This document shows, piece by piece, positions 10,926 to 22,295 of a stretch of DNA of 64,000 bases. A model generated the notes under the pieces. The model was not told the DNA's origin. It saw nothing but the letters and a program-made list of their open reading frames with translations, and did not search any database. Within the stretch, counting starts at the first letter, position 1. Each line of letters starts with the position of its first letter. The DNA is from Euglena gracilis. Lineage: Eukaryota. The DNA is taken from contig CP154954.1 in NCBI GenBank assembly GCA_039621445.1, forward strand, positions 24,564,954 to 24,628,953, read 5' to 3'. Made by a program: the position numbers and the translations under genes.

Positions 10926-13650
10926 ATGGCTTCGCATGTTTTCCCCTATGAATTTGGAGATTTGGTTCGATATGAGAGGTCCAATGGTGTAATTGTGGAC
11001 GCCATGGTTATTGGACCGTCAAACCGTGGAGAGAAGTACGTTGCTATCCGTTATGAACGCGGTGGGAAATTTGTTTATCATGAAGCAGCAGAATTGAAGG
11101 ATATTTCAAAGTGCCCTCGGCCCATCAGTCCTCCAGTTGAAAACCCAGGTTTGCACGATGATATGGATTTTTTTTACATTTTATATGTTCTCCAGCTTCA
11201 AAGCGGCCAAAGCCAACGGGAGTCAAGTTGCCAGGAAAGCCGTCTCCCAACAGTTTGGAAAAATTCTGGACTCGCAATTCAGTGGTGTGTGTGCATGAAT
11301 TGCAAAAATCATCTTTGTCTGAAACCATTTGCAGGGCGCAGAGGCCCCACGCACCCATCTTGGGAGCGAATTGGCAATGAGCTGGCATTAACTGTATGAG
11401 CAACCCCTGGTGCTTTTTGTTTCTTGTTGGTTTTACAGGGTTGCTGGCAAGCTCATCAAGCAACAATGCCAGCTGCGCCGCCAGTGGATATGGATTGTCT
11501 GAGATATGGTGCAAAGAGGATAACTCGCGTAGGGCGCTTTGCCGATCCAAGGAGAACGTTTCGTTCTGCGGCGGAAAAGGTCATCATCATGGATGCTGCA
11601 TTACGATGGGTGGACGTCCTGCCGCAGCCATATTTCGGGTGGCAGAAACCAACGCATGGTTTCAAAGTGCTCGCAAAACGAGAGAAGCGAATCAGAGCGC
11701 TAGCAAAAAAGCACGGTATGCCAATGTGCGGTGTCTGTTCACTGCATTCATCTGTTCAGGAGAGAGGCGCTGCACGTTCCATGGTGGAAAGAAATCCGCG
11801 TATCATGACGTTGAAGGTGATTTACGCAAATGGGTGTTGGAAAAAAGACAGAAGCGAGTGCTCGTTACCAAACGGATGGTTATTGCCAAGGTTTGTGTTT
11901 TTTTTAAAAAAAACTTGCTGCACACGTCATTCACTGTAGGTTTGCCAATGGAGTGCTGATCTGGCAGCGCTCCAAGACAAAAGACCTGATTTGCTGAACG
12001 AGTGGTGGATTGGTTTTCGCAAGCGGCGACGGATGACAACGCGGCGTGTAACATCATTCAGAAAGGTTGAAGACGATCTTGTACTTCCGCTCGTGCAACG
12101 ATATCGGTGTGCCATGGATATGAGATACGGGCGGACTTTTTTTTCCATCCACAGAGCGAATTTGCATCGCGCAATCCGCAACAAGCAGGTGCTGGTGCTT
12201 GGCAATGCAGATGAAACAACCAGGGTTCACCGGCAAGGCTGCCGGGCTGTTCACCAATTGCAATTTTTGGATTCCCTGCTATTTTGGGGGGAGGTTCAGG
12301 GTCAGGATATGGATTCGGATTCCCCAAAAGAGGGTTTTCTGTGCTGTTGATGTTCTGTTTGGCGGGGACCCTGACTTTGGCACTCAGCCTTGAGCCAGTC
12401 GCAAAGACCACAATCGAGGACAAAGGTCAACGGTCATGCAGTTGCTTATTCCTGCGAGATTGAGCGGTGTTTTCAGCAATTGCATGGCCATGACGAGTTG
12501 CGGTTCGGGTTCGCGGGAAGCATCGGGAGCATGTGACCGCTTACCTTTCGTTCCTGATCGAAATCAACCATGGCACCGACAGGGATGGTGACAGTTGTAT
12601 CGTTTTGGGTAAGGTGCATCGTCCAAAGCCTGCCATTGTGTGGAAGGGCAAGGACGGTGGCAGGGTGCACAAGCAGGTGCAGAGTTTTGCCAAGAAGGGT
12701 TTTGGCCATCCAGTGGTGAACACCGTTGCACCGAGAGGAAAGACAACAGAAAAATCAATGGTGGTGATTTTGAGGGAGACGCTGACCCCATTCAATTTTC
12801 CAAAAGGAAAATGTTTGTATGTTGTCGACGGTGCGCCGTCGCACATTCATGCCCAAATTTGTCACACGTTACGAAATTTGGGTTGGGGGATGTATATATC
12901 CCCCCCTAACAGTACCCCCTATGCTCAGGCATGTGATAAAACACAGATAAACGGAAAATTCAAAAAAGAGGTGGAAGAAAAATATGCCGAATGGCTCCTT
13001 GCAACTGTGGAGGGGATGGATACAAAGAAGGCCATACCGTCCCCAGATCGGCATGTCATTGCCAAATGGGTGGGTGAAGCATTCGCAAAAGTTTCTGATG
13101 ACGACATCCGAGAGGCTTGTCGGCATGCTTATTTTCCTCGTGGGCTGAAGCTGAAAAACCTGGAGGACCTGGGATTCTTCGATGTGCCAATGGAAAAGCA
13201 AGATTCGGATTCTGACCTTGATTCTGGGACTGATGACACCTCAGACTCTGATTCCGATCTGACCTCTGTCACTTCCTCCAGCTCCGATGTTTCTGATTGC
13301 TCTTCAATTTCTCAGCAGGCTGTTTTTTTTCTCTCTGATAAAAATGGCCTGTGTGTGATTCTGCTCCAGGTTCGCATCCTAACCAGCCTAACCAGGGCGA
13401 GGAAGAGGTCGTGTGGGCGAAGGCAGACAGGGGTGTGTGGGGCTTAACCCATGTATTTGATGAAAAGCTCTACATGACAAGAGATCTTGTAGACGGGTCA
13501 GCGCTCCCAGAAAATTTCAAACCCATGCCTGAGCAAGGGGATCAACCAAAGGGGCCGAAGAAAAAACAAAGAGCTGAGGGGGTTGTCCATGTACAACAGT
13601 TCAAGATGAAGTACCAGAAAGGGAAGGGATGGTGTTCTGTTCCGTGTTGA
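10926..13650 (+). CDS. Spliced pogo-family DD35D transposase with CENP-B-type HTH
   Basis: HTH segments YHDVEGDLRKWVLEKRQ and WWIGFRKRRRMTTRRVT. Catalytic motifs GNADET, YVVDGAPSH and PPNSTPYAQACD (35 residues between the 2nd and 3rd Asp). GT-AG introns at 11149-11195, 11716-11759, 11891-11939 and 12107-12154, plus two nonconventional introns. The 5' and 3' exon joins are less certain. Confidence 0.88.
12218..12378 (+). other. Nonconventional intron inside the transposase
   Basis: C|AACCAGGGTTC ... GGACCCTG-ACTTT|G. CAG at +4..+6 pairs with CTG at -8..-6, with Y|R at both junctions. Removal gives NADET-ALSLEPVAKTTIEDKG in frame. Confidence 0.8.
12429..12494 (+). other. Second nonconventional intron inside the transposase
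   Basis: A 14-bp stem GGTCATGCAGTTGC / GCAATTGCATGGCC (two G-U pairs) runs from +4 to -6, with Y|R junctions. It removes an in-frame TGA and gives KG-RVAVRVRGKHREHVTAYL. Confidence 0.7.
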
Positions 13651-14449
13651 TCTCTGACCTCTGCATTTGTGTATTCCCCATCCCCATCCGCACCGGCCAC
13701 AGTGTGGCGAACATGCTCAGGGGGTCATGCATTGTTGCTGGCGCGGTCGGTTTTTTTTTTATGGCACTGTGTCGTTGACACGGCGTGTCGTTGACACACC
13801 CCTCGTGTCAACGACACTTTCCTGGAACATTGGCGTGTCAACGACAAGGGGGGGGGGAGGTAGTTTCCGAATCACCTGGGTTTGACCCCCAACTCCCCGC
13901 CAGGCCCGAGTTATTCACGCGCGAAGGGGTCCAAACTGGGTAGGATTCGCCAACCCCCCCTGGATAAGCCCCCCCCCCTATGGACGGCCAAAAAATGTCA
14001 ATTTTCAAAATATCTCCAAAATGAAGCAAAATCAAAGGAAATGTCCAGACCTAAATTGAAGCCCTTGGAACGCTCTATCTACTGTGATTTTGGTTTCATC
14101 GCAGCTCACCGCCTAGCCCGAGATACGGCCGTTTTTCGGCCAATTTTGTCCATTTTGTACACTTTTCCCTCTGTTCGACTTTTTCCATTTTCGGCCAAAA
14201 AAGTCAAAAAAAGTCGAAAAAAAATTTATTTTGCACGAACCAGACGCGACGCGGACGAAACGATGTGTTTTTTTTGCCCTCACCGGACCAGAACAGAAAA
14301 GGAAAGGGAAAAGAGCCGACAAAAAACGATGTTTTTTTTTTGTATTTTTCTTTTTATTTTCTTTTTTTTTTTCTCTCCCCAGGACCGATCCCCACCTTGT
14401 TTTTATTTTATTTTTATTTATTTTTTTTGATAGGTGTCGTTTTGTTTGT

Positions 14450-15670
14450 TTTTGAGCCGAAACGAGCGGCGTTTTTCGACCCGCCAGCGCGCCCCGTTTT
14501 TGGGGCCGCCGACCCATTGACTTTGGGTCAAAACCGGGTCGAAAAAGTCGAAAAATCGAAAAGTTTTTTGGCCAATTGGGTCCGTTTTAGGCCATTTTGA
14601 AAAAAATCGAAAAATTTTTTTTGCCCGAAACGATGTTTTTTGGCCTCCCGGACCCGGAAAAACTGTTTTTGAGCCGAAAACGAGCGTTTTTCGACCCGCC
14701 AGCGCCCCGTTTTGGGCCGCCGACCCATTGACTTTGGGTCAAAACCGGGTCGAAAAAGTCGAAAAAAATCGAAAAAAATTTTTTTTTCCGCGAAAAGATG
14801 TTTTTTGGCCTCACGTAACCGGAAAAAACGTTTTTGAGCAAAAAACGAGCGTTTTTCTAACTGACATCGCCCCGTTTTGGGCCGCTGACACATTTACTTT
14901 GGGTCAAAACCGGGTCGAAAAAGTCGAAAAAAATTTTTTTTTTTTTTGCCCGAAACGATGTTTTTTGGCCTCCCGGACCCAGAAAAACTGTTTTTGAGCC
15001 GAAAACGAGCGTTTTTCGACCCGCCAGCGCCCCGTTTTGGGCCGCCGACCCATTGACTTTGGGTCAAAACCGGGTCGAAAAAGTCGAAAAAAATCGAAAA
15101 AATTTTTTTTCCCCAAACGATGTTTTTTGGCCTCCCGGACCCGGAAAAACTGTTTTTGAGCCGAAAACGAGCGTTTTTCGACCCGCCAGCGCCCCGTTTT
15201 GGGCCGCCGACCCATTGACTTTGGGTCAAAACCGGGTCGAAAAAGTCGAAAAAAATCGAAAAAGTTTTTTTTTTGCCCGAAACGATGTTTTTTGGCCTCC
15301 CGGACCCGGAAAAACTGTTTTTGAGCCGAAAACGAGCGTTTTTCGACCCGCCAGCGCCCCGTTTTGGGCCGCCGACCCATTGACTTTGGGTCAAAACCGG
15401 GTCGAAAAAGTCGAAAAAAATCGAAAAAATTTTTTTGCCCCAAACGATGTTTTTTGGCCTCCCGGACCCGGAAAAACTGTTTTTGAGCCGAAAACGAGCG
15501 TTTTTCGACCCGCCAGCGCCCCGTTTTGGGCCGCCGACCCATTGACTTTGGGTCAAAACCGGGTCGAAAAAGTCGAAAAAAATCGAAAAAACAATGTTTT
15601 TGGGCCTCCCGGACCCGGAAAAACTGTTTTTTGAGCCGAAAACGAGCGTTTTTCGACCCACCGGCGCCCT
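14450..15670. repeat. Tandem array, unit about 162-165 bp, about 7 copies
   Basis: The marker GAAAACGAGCG recurs at 14676, ~14840, 15001, 15163, 15328, 15490 and 15638. Confidence 0.95.
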
Positions 15671-16469
15671 GTTTCTGGCACAAAACCCATGGATTTCAGG
15701 CAAAAGAGCTCCATGGAGTGGGCCGGTATGTATGGAGGGGTCGCTGAGCTCTTATCCCTTTATGGGTAAGAGCGAAGCTTACCACTGGGGGAAACCCCCC
15801 CCCCCCCCCCCCCCCTCCCCCCCCCCCTCGGGGCCACCTCGGGAACCGGCGGATTATCACCATGATCCCGGCCCCGTTCCCGAAAAATTTTTTTTCAGTC
15901 ACGAGCGACTGGATTCCTAGTTTCCGAATCACCTGGGTTTGACCCCCAACTCCCCGCCAGGCCCGAGTTATTCACGCGCGAAGGGGTCCAAACTGGGTAG
16001 GATTCGCCAACCCCCCCTGGATAAGCCCCCCCCCCCTTTGGACGGCCAAAAAATGTCAATTTTCAAAATATCTCCAAAATGAAGCAAAATCAAAGGAAAT
16101 GTCCGGAGACCTAATTTGAAGCCCTTGGAACGCCCCATCTACCGGTATTTTGATTTCCCCGCAACGCCCCGTCTAGCCCGAGATACGGCCGTTTTCGGCG
16201 CAGCTGGCCGTTTTGTACACTTTTCCCTCTGTTCGACTTAGCCGTTTTGGGGGGTGGGGGGTCAAAAAATCGATGTTTTCAAAATTTCTCGAAAATGATG
16301 CAAAATCAAAGGAAATGTCCAGAGACCTAAATTGAAGCCCTTGGAACGTCTACTGTGATTTTGGTTTCATCGCAGCTCACCGCCTAGCCCGAGATACGGC
16401 CGTTTTTCGGCCAATTTTGGCCATTTTGTACACGTTTTCCACTGTTCGACTTAGCCATTTTCGGCCAAA

Positions 16470-17280
16470 AAAATCGAAAAAAATCGAAAAATTTTTTTTG
16501 CCCAAAACGATGTTTTTTAGCCTCCCGGACCTGGAAAAACTGTTTTTGAGCCGAAAATGAGCGTTTTTCGACCCGCCAGCACCCCGTTCTGGGCCGCCAA
16601 CCCATTGACTTCGGGCCAAAACCGGGTCAAAAAAGTCGAAAAAAATCGAAAAAAATTTTTTGCCCAAAACGATGTTTTTTAGCCTCCCGGACCTGGAAAA
16701 ACTGTTTTTGAGCCGAAAATGAGCGTTTTTCGACCCGCCAGCACCCCGTTCTGGGCCGCCAACCCATTGACTTCGGGCCAAAACCGGGTCAAAAAAGTCG
16801 AAAAAAATCGAAAAAAATTTTTTTGCCCAAAACGATGTTTTTTGGCCTCCCGGACCCGGAAAAACTGTTTTTGAGCCGAAAATGAGCGTTTTTCGACCCG
16901 CCAGCGCCCCGTTCTGGGCCGCCAACCCATTGACTTCGGGCCAAAACCGGGTCAAAAAAGTCGAAAAAAATCGAAAAAAATTTTTTTGCCCGAAAAAAGA
17001 AAAAAAAAAGAAAAATAAATAAAAAAAAAAAAAAATATTTTTTGCCCAAAACGATGTTTTTTGGCCTCCCGGACCCGGAAAAACTGTTTTTGAGCCGAAA
17101 ATGAGCGTTTTTCGACCCGCCAGCGCCCCGTTTTGGGCCGCCAACCCATTGACTTCGGGCCAAAACCGGGTCAAAAAAGTCGAAAAAAATCGAAAAAAAT
17201 TTTTTTGCCCGAAACGATGTTTTTTGGCCTCCTGGACCCGGAAAAGGGGTTTTCGAGCCGAAAATGGGCGTTTTTCGACC
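16470..17280. repeat. Second array of the ~162-bp unit (about 4-5 copies, resumes at 18690-18905)
   Basis: Same unit with array-specific variants (AATGAGCG, ACTTCGGGCC). Confidence 0.93.
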
Positions 17281-17282
17281 AT

Positions 17283-18686
17283 AATGGCCATCATGGCCCG
17301 TGATGGCCATGATGCGCATCATGACCGGTGATGCCAATGATGCCAATCATGGGTCATAATGTGCATGATGACCCATGATGACCATCATGGGCAATGATGG
17401 CCATCATGACCAATGATGGCCATCATGACCAATGATGGCCATCATGACCAATGATGGCCATCATGATGGCCATCATGACCCAATGATGGCCATCATGACA
17501 CATGATGGCCATCATGACCAATGATGGCCATCATGACCAATGATGGCCATCATGACCAATGATGGCCCTCACATCAAATGATGGCCTTCATGACCAATGA
17601 TGAAAATAATGACCAATGATGGCCATCATGACCAATGATGGCCATCATGACCAATGATGGCCATCATGACCAATGATGGCTATCATGTGTCATGATGGAC
17701 ATGATGACAAATGATGGCCATCATGACCAATGATGGCTATCATGACCAACGATGGCCATCATGACCCATGATGTCCATCAGGACCAATGATGGCCATCAG
17801 GACCAATGATGGCCATCATGACCAATGATGGCCATCATGACCCATGATGGCCATCATGACCAATGATGGCCATCATGACCAATGATGGCCATCATGACCA
17901 ATGATGGCCATCATGACCAATGATGGCCATCATGACACATGATGGCCATCAGGACCAATGATGGCCATCAGGACCAATGATGGCCATCAGGACCAATGAT
18001 GGCCATCAGGACCAATGATGGCCATCGGGACCAATGATGGCCATCGGGACCAATGATGGCCATCAGGACCAATGATGGCCATCAGGACCAATGATGGCCA
18101 TCAGGACCAATGATGGCCATCAGGACCAATGATGGCCATCATGACCAATGATGGCCATCATGACCAATGATGGCCATCAGGACCCCTGAGGCCCATCAGG
18201 ACCAATGATGGCCATCAGGACCAATGATGGCCATCAGGACCAATGATGGCCATCATGACCAATGATGGCCATCATGACCAATGATGGCCATCATAACCCC
18301 TGATGCCCATCAGGACCAATGATGGCCATCAGGACCAATGATGGCCATCAGGACCAATGATGGCCATCAGGACCAATGATGGCCATCAGGACCCATGATG
18401 GCCATCAGGACCCATGATGGCCATCAGGACCCATGATGCCCATCATGACCAATGATGGCCATCACCACCAATGATGGCCATCACGACCCATGATGGCCAT
18501 CATGACCCATGATGGCCATCATGACCCATGATGCCCATCATGACCAATGATGGCCATCACGGCCAATGATGGCCATCATGGCCCATGATGGCCATCATGG
18601 GCCATGACGGCCATCATTGGTCATGATGGCCATCATGGGTCAACCAATGATAGCCATCATGGCCCATGATGGCCATCATGACCAAT
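17283..18686. repeat. 19-bp minisatellite ATGATGGCCATCATGACCA
   Basis: Period 19 is directly visible; each unit contains the 14-bp palindrome ATGATGGCCATCAT. Confidence 0.97.
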
Positions 18687-18917
18687 GTCAACCGGGTCAA
18701 AAAAGTCGAAAAAAATGGAAAAAATTTTTTTGCCCGAAACGATGTTTTTTGGCCTCCCGGACCCGGAAAAACTGTTTTTGAGCCGAAAATGAGCGTTTTT
18801 CGACCCGCCAGCGCCCCGTTTTGGGCCGCCGACCCATTGACTTTGGGTCAAACCCGGGTCAAAAAAGTCGAAAAAAATCGAAAAAAATTTTTGGGCCCGA
18901 AACGATTCGCTGGGACG

Positions 18918-19134
18918 CCGGGCCGCCGGCCGGCCCGCCGGGCCGCCGGCCTGCCGCTGGCCGGGCCGGGCCGGGCCGCCGGGCCGCCGGCCGGTCCGGG
19001 CCGGGCCGCCGGGCCGCCGGCCCGGTCCGGGCCGGGCCGCCGGGCCGCCGCCGGGCCGCCGGGCCGCCGGCCGCCGGCCGCCGGCCGGGCCGCTGGCCGG
19101 GCCGCTGGGCCTGCCGGCCGGGCCGCCGGGCCGG
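18918..19134. repeat. GC-only GGGCC/GGCCGCC low-complexity repeat
   Basis: Directly visible. Confidence 0.9.
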
Positions 19135-19304
19135 TGTCAAAGAAGGGGTGGGGGGGCGCGCTTATCAAGAGCTCAGCACTATTCAAAACCTGGTAGGGGG
19201 GGGGGGGGTGGGGGGGTGTTGTGGTGTGTGGTTTGTGTGAAGTGTGTGTGTGTGTGTTATTGATTTGTGTGTGGGTGGTGGTGTGTGATTTGTGTGGCGT
19301 GATG

Positions 19305-19338
<34 letters not shown>

Positions 19339-19509
19339 GGTAGGGTGTGGGACGGTGGGTAGTGAGTGTGTGTGTGGGCGTGTGAGGGTGCGTGGAGTGT
19401 GCCCGGGTCGTTCCATGTCTCGCAAGTTGCGCATACAAACCCACCGCAGTGTGCAGATGTGCGTGTATGTGTTGCTGTATGTGCGTGTGATGTACGCATG
19501 CATGTGTGG

Positions 19510-19528
19510 ATGTATGTATGTATGTATG

Positions 19529-19562
<34 letters not shown>

Positions 19563-19564
19563 TG

Positions 19565-19595
<31 letters not shown>

Positions 19596-19813
19596 TGTAT
19601 GTATGTATGTATGTATGTATGTATGTATGTATGTATGTAGGTATGTATGTATGTATGTATGTATGTATGTATGTATGTATGTATGTATGTATGTATGTAT
19701 GTATGTATGCATGTCTGTATGCATGCATGCATGCATGCATGCGTGTATGTAGGCATGCATGTATGTATGTATGTCTGTATGTATGTATGCATGCATGTAT
19801 GTATGTATGTATG
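19510..19813. repeat. (TATG)n microsatellite
   Basis: Directly visible; preceded by a degenerate TG tract at about 19215-19400. Confidence 0.97.
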
Positions 19814-20020
19814 CATGTGTGCGGTGCTTGAATGAGTGTGTTTTTTTCTGGTAACTGGGCTACTGTTTGCACACTGCCCGTACCCCATCCTCCCCTGAGG
19901 TGCATTGCCTCATCCCAGGCCTATATTGCTGGATGGAGTCAAGCCAGCGTCGCAGGCACACTTGTCATGCCAAACAAGGTTTGATTTATACATTTTGTGA
20001 AAAGCAATGTAACTCTGGAC

Positions 20021-21648
20021 CAAGCACCTCTGATGATGCTGGGCGATGCTGGGCGATGCAGGGCGATGCTGGGCGATGCTGGCATTTTTTTTGTATATTT
20101 TGGAGATTTGAACCATTTTGGGGATAATATTCCCACAAAGCTCCAGTTTTACACCCATTTTGGCCATTATGGGTCAATTTTTGCTAATTTGGGGGCTATT
20201 TATCATTGATTTAGCAAACATTGGGCTAATTGGGGCCTTTTGAGCAGATTTTATGGCATTTTGGCCATTTTGCGCCTTTTTGGTGATTTTGGGTCATTTT
20301 TCACAATCTTTTGTGGGCATTGTAGGCGTTTTTGAGCAATTTTTGGTTATTTTGGTTGCTTTTGGGGGTTTTTTGGGGGGTCAATTTTGGGCTTTTTGTG
20401 GCCATTTTTTGGGCTTTTGTGGTTATTTTGGTTTGGTCAGGAGCCAACGGATGTATTCTGGACAGATACTGGACAAGATGCAGATGCTAGACAAGATGAA
20501 TTTGATGCAGGCACTGGACAAGGTGCCGATGCTGGACAAGATGCCAATGCTGGACAAGATGAACTGGATGCAGACACTGGACAACATGCACATGGTGGAC
20601 AAGATGCAGTTGCTGGGCAAGAAGCAGATGCTGCTCAAGATGCAGATGCTGGACAAGATGCAGATACAGGACACGATGCTGATGCTGGACAAGATGAACT
20701 AGATGCAGACACTGGACAACATGCAGATGGTGGACAAGATGCAGTTGCTGGACAAGAACAAGATGCAGATGCTAGACAAGATGCAGATACTGGACAAGAT
20801 GCAGATGGACAAGATGCAGATGCTGGACAAGATGCACATACTGCACAAGATGCAGATGCTGGACAAGAAGCAGATGGTGGACAAGATGCAGATGCTGGAC
20901 AAGATGCAATGAGACAAGACGCAGTGGATGGATAAGGCAGTGGATGCAGGATGCAACGGATGCCGATGGACAACACAATCGACTGGTCGGATACGGCCAC
21001 ATTTTGCCGTGTTTTTCTTTGGTTGTTGCTGGTTTAACCTTTAAACACTTACATTCGCCACAGATCCAGCCTGCTCTGGGCGGGGTCTTGGGTCGACACC
21101 CCGTTGCTGTTGAAGGGGTGCCACCCTCCACCCTCCAGCTCAACAACTGTTTTGGACTTTGTTTGTCTGACCGGTAAGAAGCTTGCAACTTGCACTCGAT
21201 GTTGCCATCTCACAGGCCTGCACCACATCCTGTGCCCAAAAAGCAGCAACAATGGCCAAAAGTGGGCAAAAAGTTGCAAACGTGGGTAAAAGTGGTCGAA
21301 AGGCAACAAAAGTTGTCAGAAGTGGTCAAAAAGCAGGCAAAAGGGGCCAAAAGTGGGCAAAAAGCAGCAAAAGTGGCCAAAAAGTGGTCAAAAAGTAGGC
21401 AAACGTGGGGTAAAAGTGGTCAGAAAGCAGCAAAAGTGGTAAAAAAAAAAAAGTGGGCAAAAGTGGGCAAAAGTGGTCAAAAAGCGGTCAAAGTGGGCAA
21501 AAATCAAAGATGGCCAAAAGTAGCCAAAAGTGGGCTAGAGCGGCAAAAGCAGCAAGCATTGTAGATACACCTTCAAGGGCTCCAAAGGCGATGCTGGGCG
21601 ATGCTGGGCGATGCTGGGCCCAAGGGCATGGCTGACCAGAGGTGCTTG
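20021..21648. mobile_element. Non-autonomous hAT-like element
   Basis: 12-bp TIR CAAGCACCTCTG / CAGAGGTGCTTG with perfect 8-bp TSD CTCTGGAC (20013-20020, 21649-21656). Subterminal GGCGATGCTG repeats and an internal degenerate 18-bp repeat at about 20460-20930. Partial ends of the family lie at about 42761-42844 and 43888-43940. Confidence 0.88.
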
Positions 21649-22295
21649 CTCTGGACCGAGTTTGTGCTACTGATGGACCATCCGAAATGCCAAAGATTGC
21701 GTGCACATTGCAGAAGGAGCACAAATTATGGGACCTTGGCTAGCCTGTCCAACAAAAATCATTCAAACACCCGTTTTCTGTCATTATTTTGTGGGTTTCG
21801 CAGTTCTTCTATTCCGTGTATTGTTCCCAGCCAGGCGTCAGTCATTGGAACGTTCCACTTTTTAAAGGGTAAAGGGTTGTTCCAGGGTGGTCCCCTGCCA
21901 ACCCTCCCCTTGACCGTAGGGGGTTCAGGACCACCCCATCTGATTTTATGTACAATTTATGCCCTTACCTTGGTGTCCCCTTTGACGTCATGTCAAACCC
22001 TGCTCCCAGGCCACAATTCCTCACTGTCTGTGGCTGAGGGGGCGTGTCCCTGCATCTGCCTGTCAACCCAGAGGTGATGTGCCTGTCCCTCAACCCCTGT
22101 TATTGCCCTGGTGCCATGCTATGCCCCCGCGTGCCCCAGGCTCGGTTCCATCAAAGCTCATTCATATGTGGCCACCGACTTGTGGAACACTTTCCTCGCA
22201 ACTGCTACACGTAATTTATAAGTGCTGGCTGGACACACAAGTCCACCAACAATTATTTGTCTCGAATTCATGTCAATTTTCTGCTTTTTAATTTC

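Larger units (their letters stand above)
10771..13860 (+). mobile_element. Autonomous-looking pogo-type (Tc1/mariner superfamily) DNA transposon
   Basis: TIRs CCTCCCCCCCCCCTTGTCGTTGACAC / GTGTCAACGACAAGGGGGGGGGGAGG, with TA at 10769-10770 and 13861-13862. The empty site GGATTCCTAGTTTCCGAATC is present at 15911-15930. Subterminal GTGTCGTTGACAC repeats occur at both ends. Confidence 0.95.
10598..15670 (+). mobile_element. Asymmetric-end element, copy 2 (interrupted by the pogo transposon, 3' end missing)
   Basis: Its 5' part is nearly identical to the copy at 15740. The sequence resumes after 13862 exactly as in the uninterrupted copy. Confidence 0.7.
15740..19194 (+). mobile_element. Asymmetric-end element, copy 3 (complete, with expanded internal repeats)
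   Basis: Runs from GTCGCTGAGCTCTT at the 5' end to AAGAGCTCAGCACTATTCAAAACCTGGT at the 3' end, the same termini as 6762-8167. Confidence 0.7.

Noticed and set aside
14894-17346. Repetitive 180-305 aa ORFs
   Set aside because: Stop-free frames of the ~162-bp tandem unit, open in several frames.
17283-18686. CRISPR array
   Set aside because: Head-to-tail 19-bp units with no unique spacers, no cas genes, and a eukaryotic context.
20387-20935. DADAGQ-repeat protein
   Set aside because: An 18-bp repeat inside a non-autonomous TIR element; no credible start and several frames are open.
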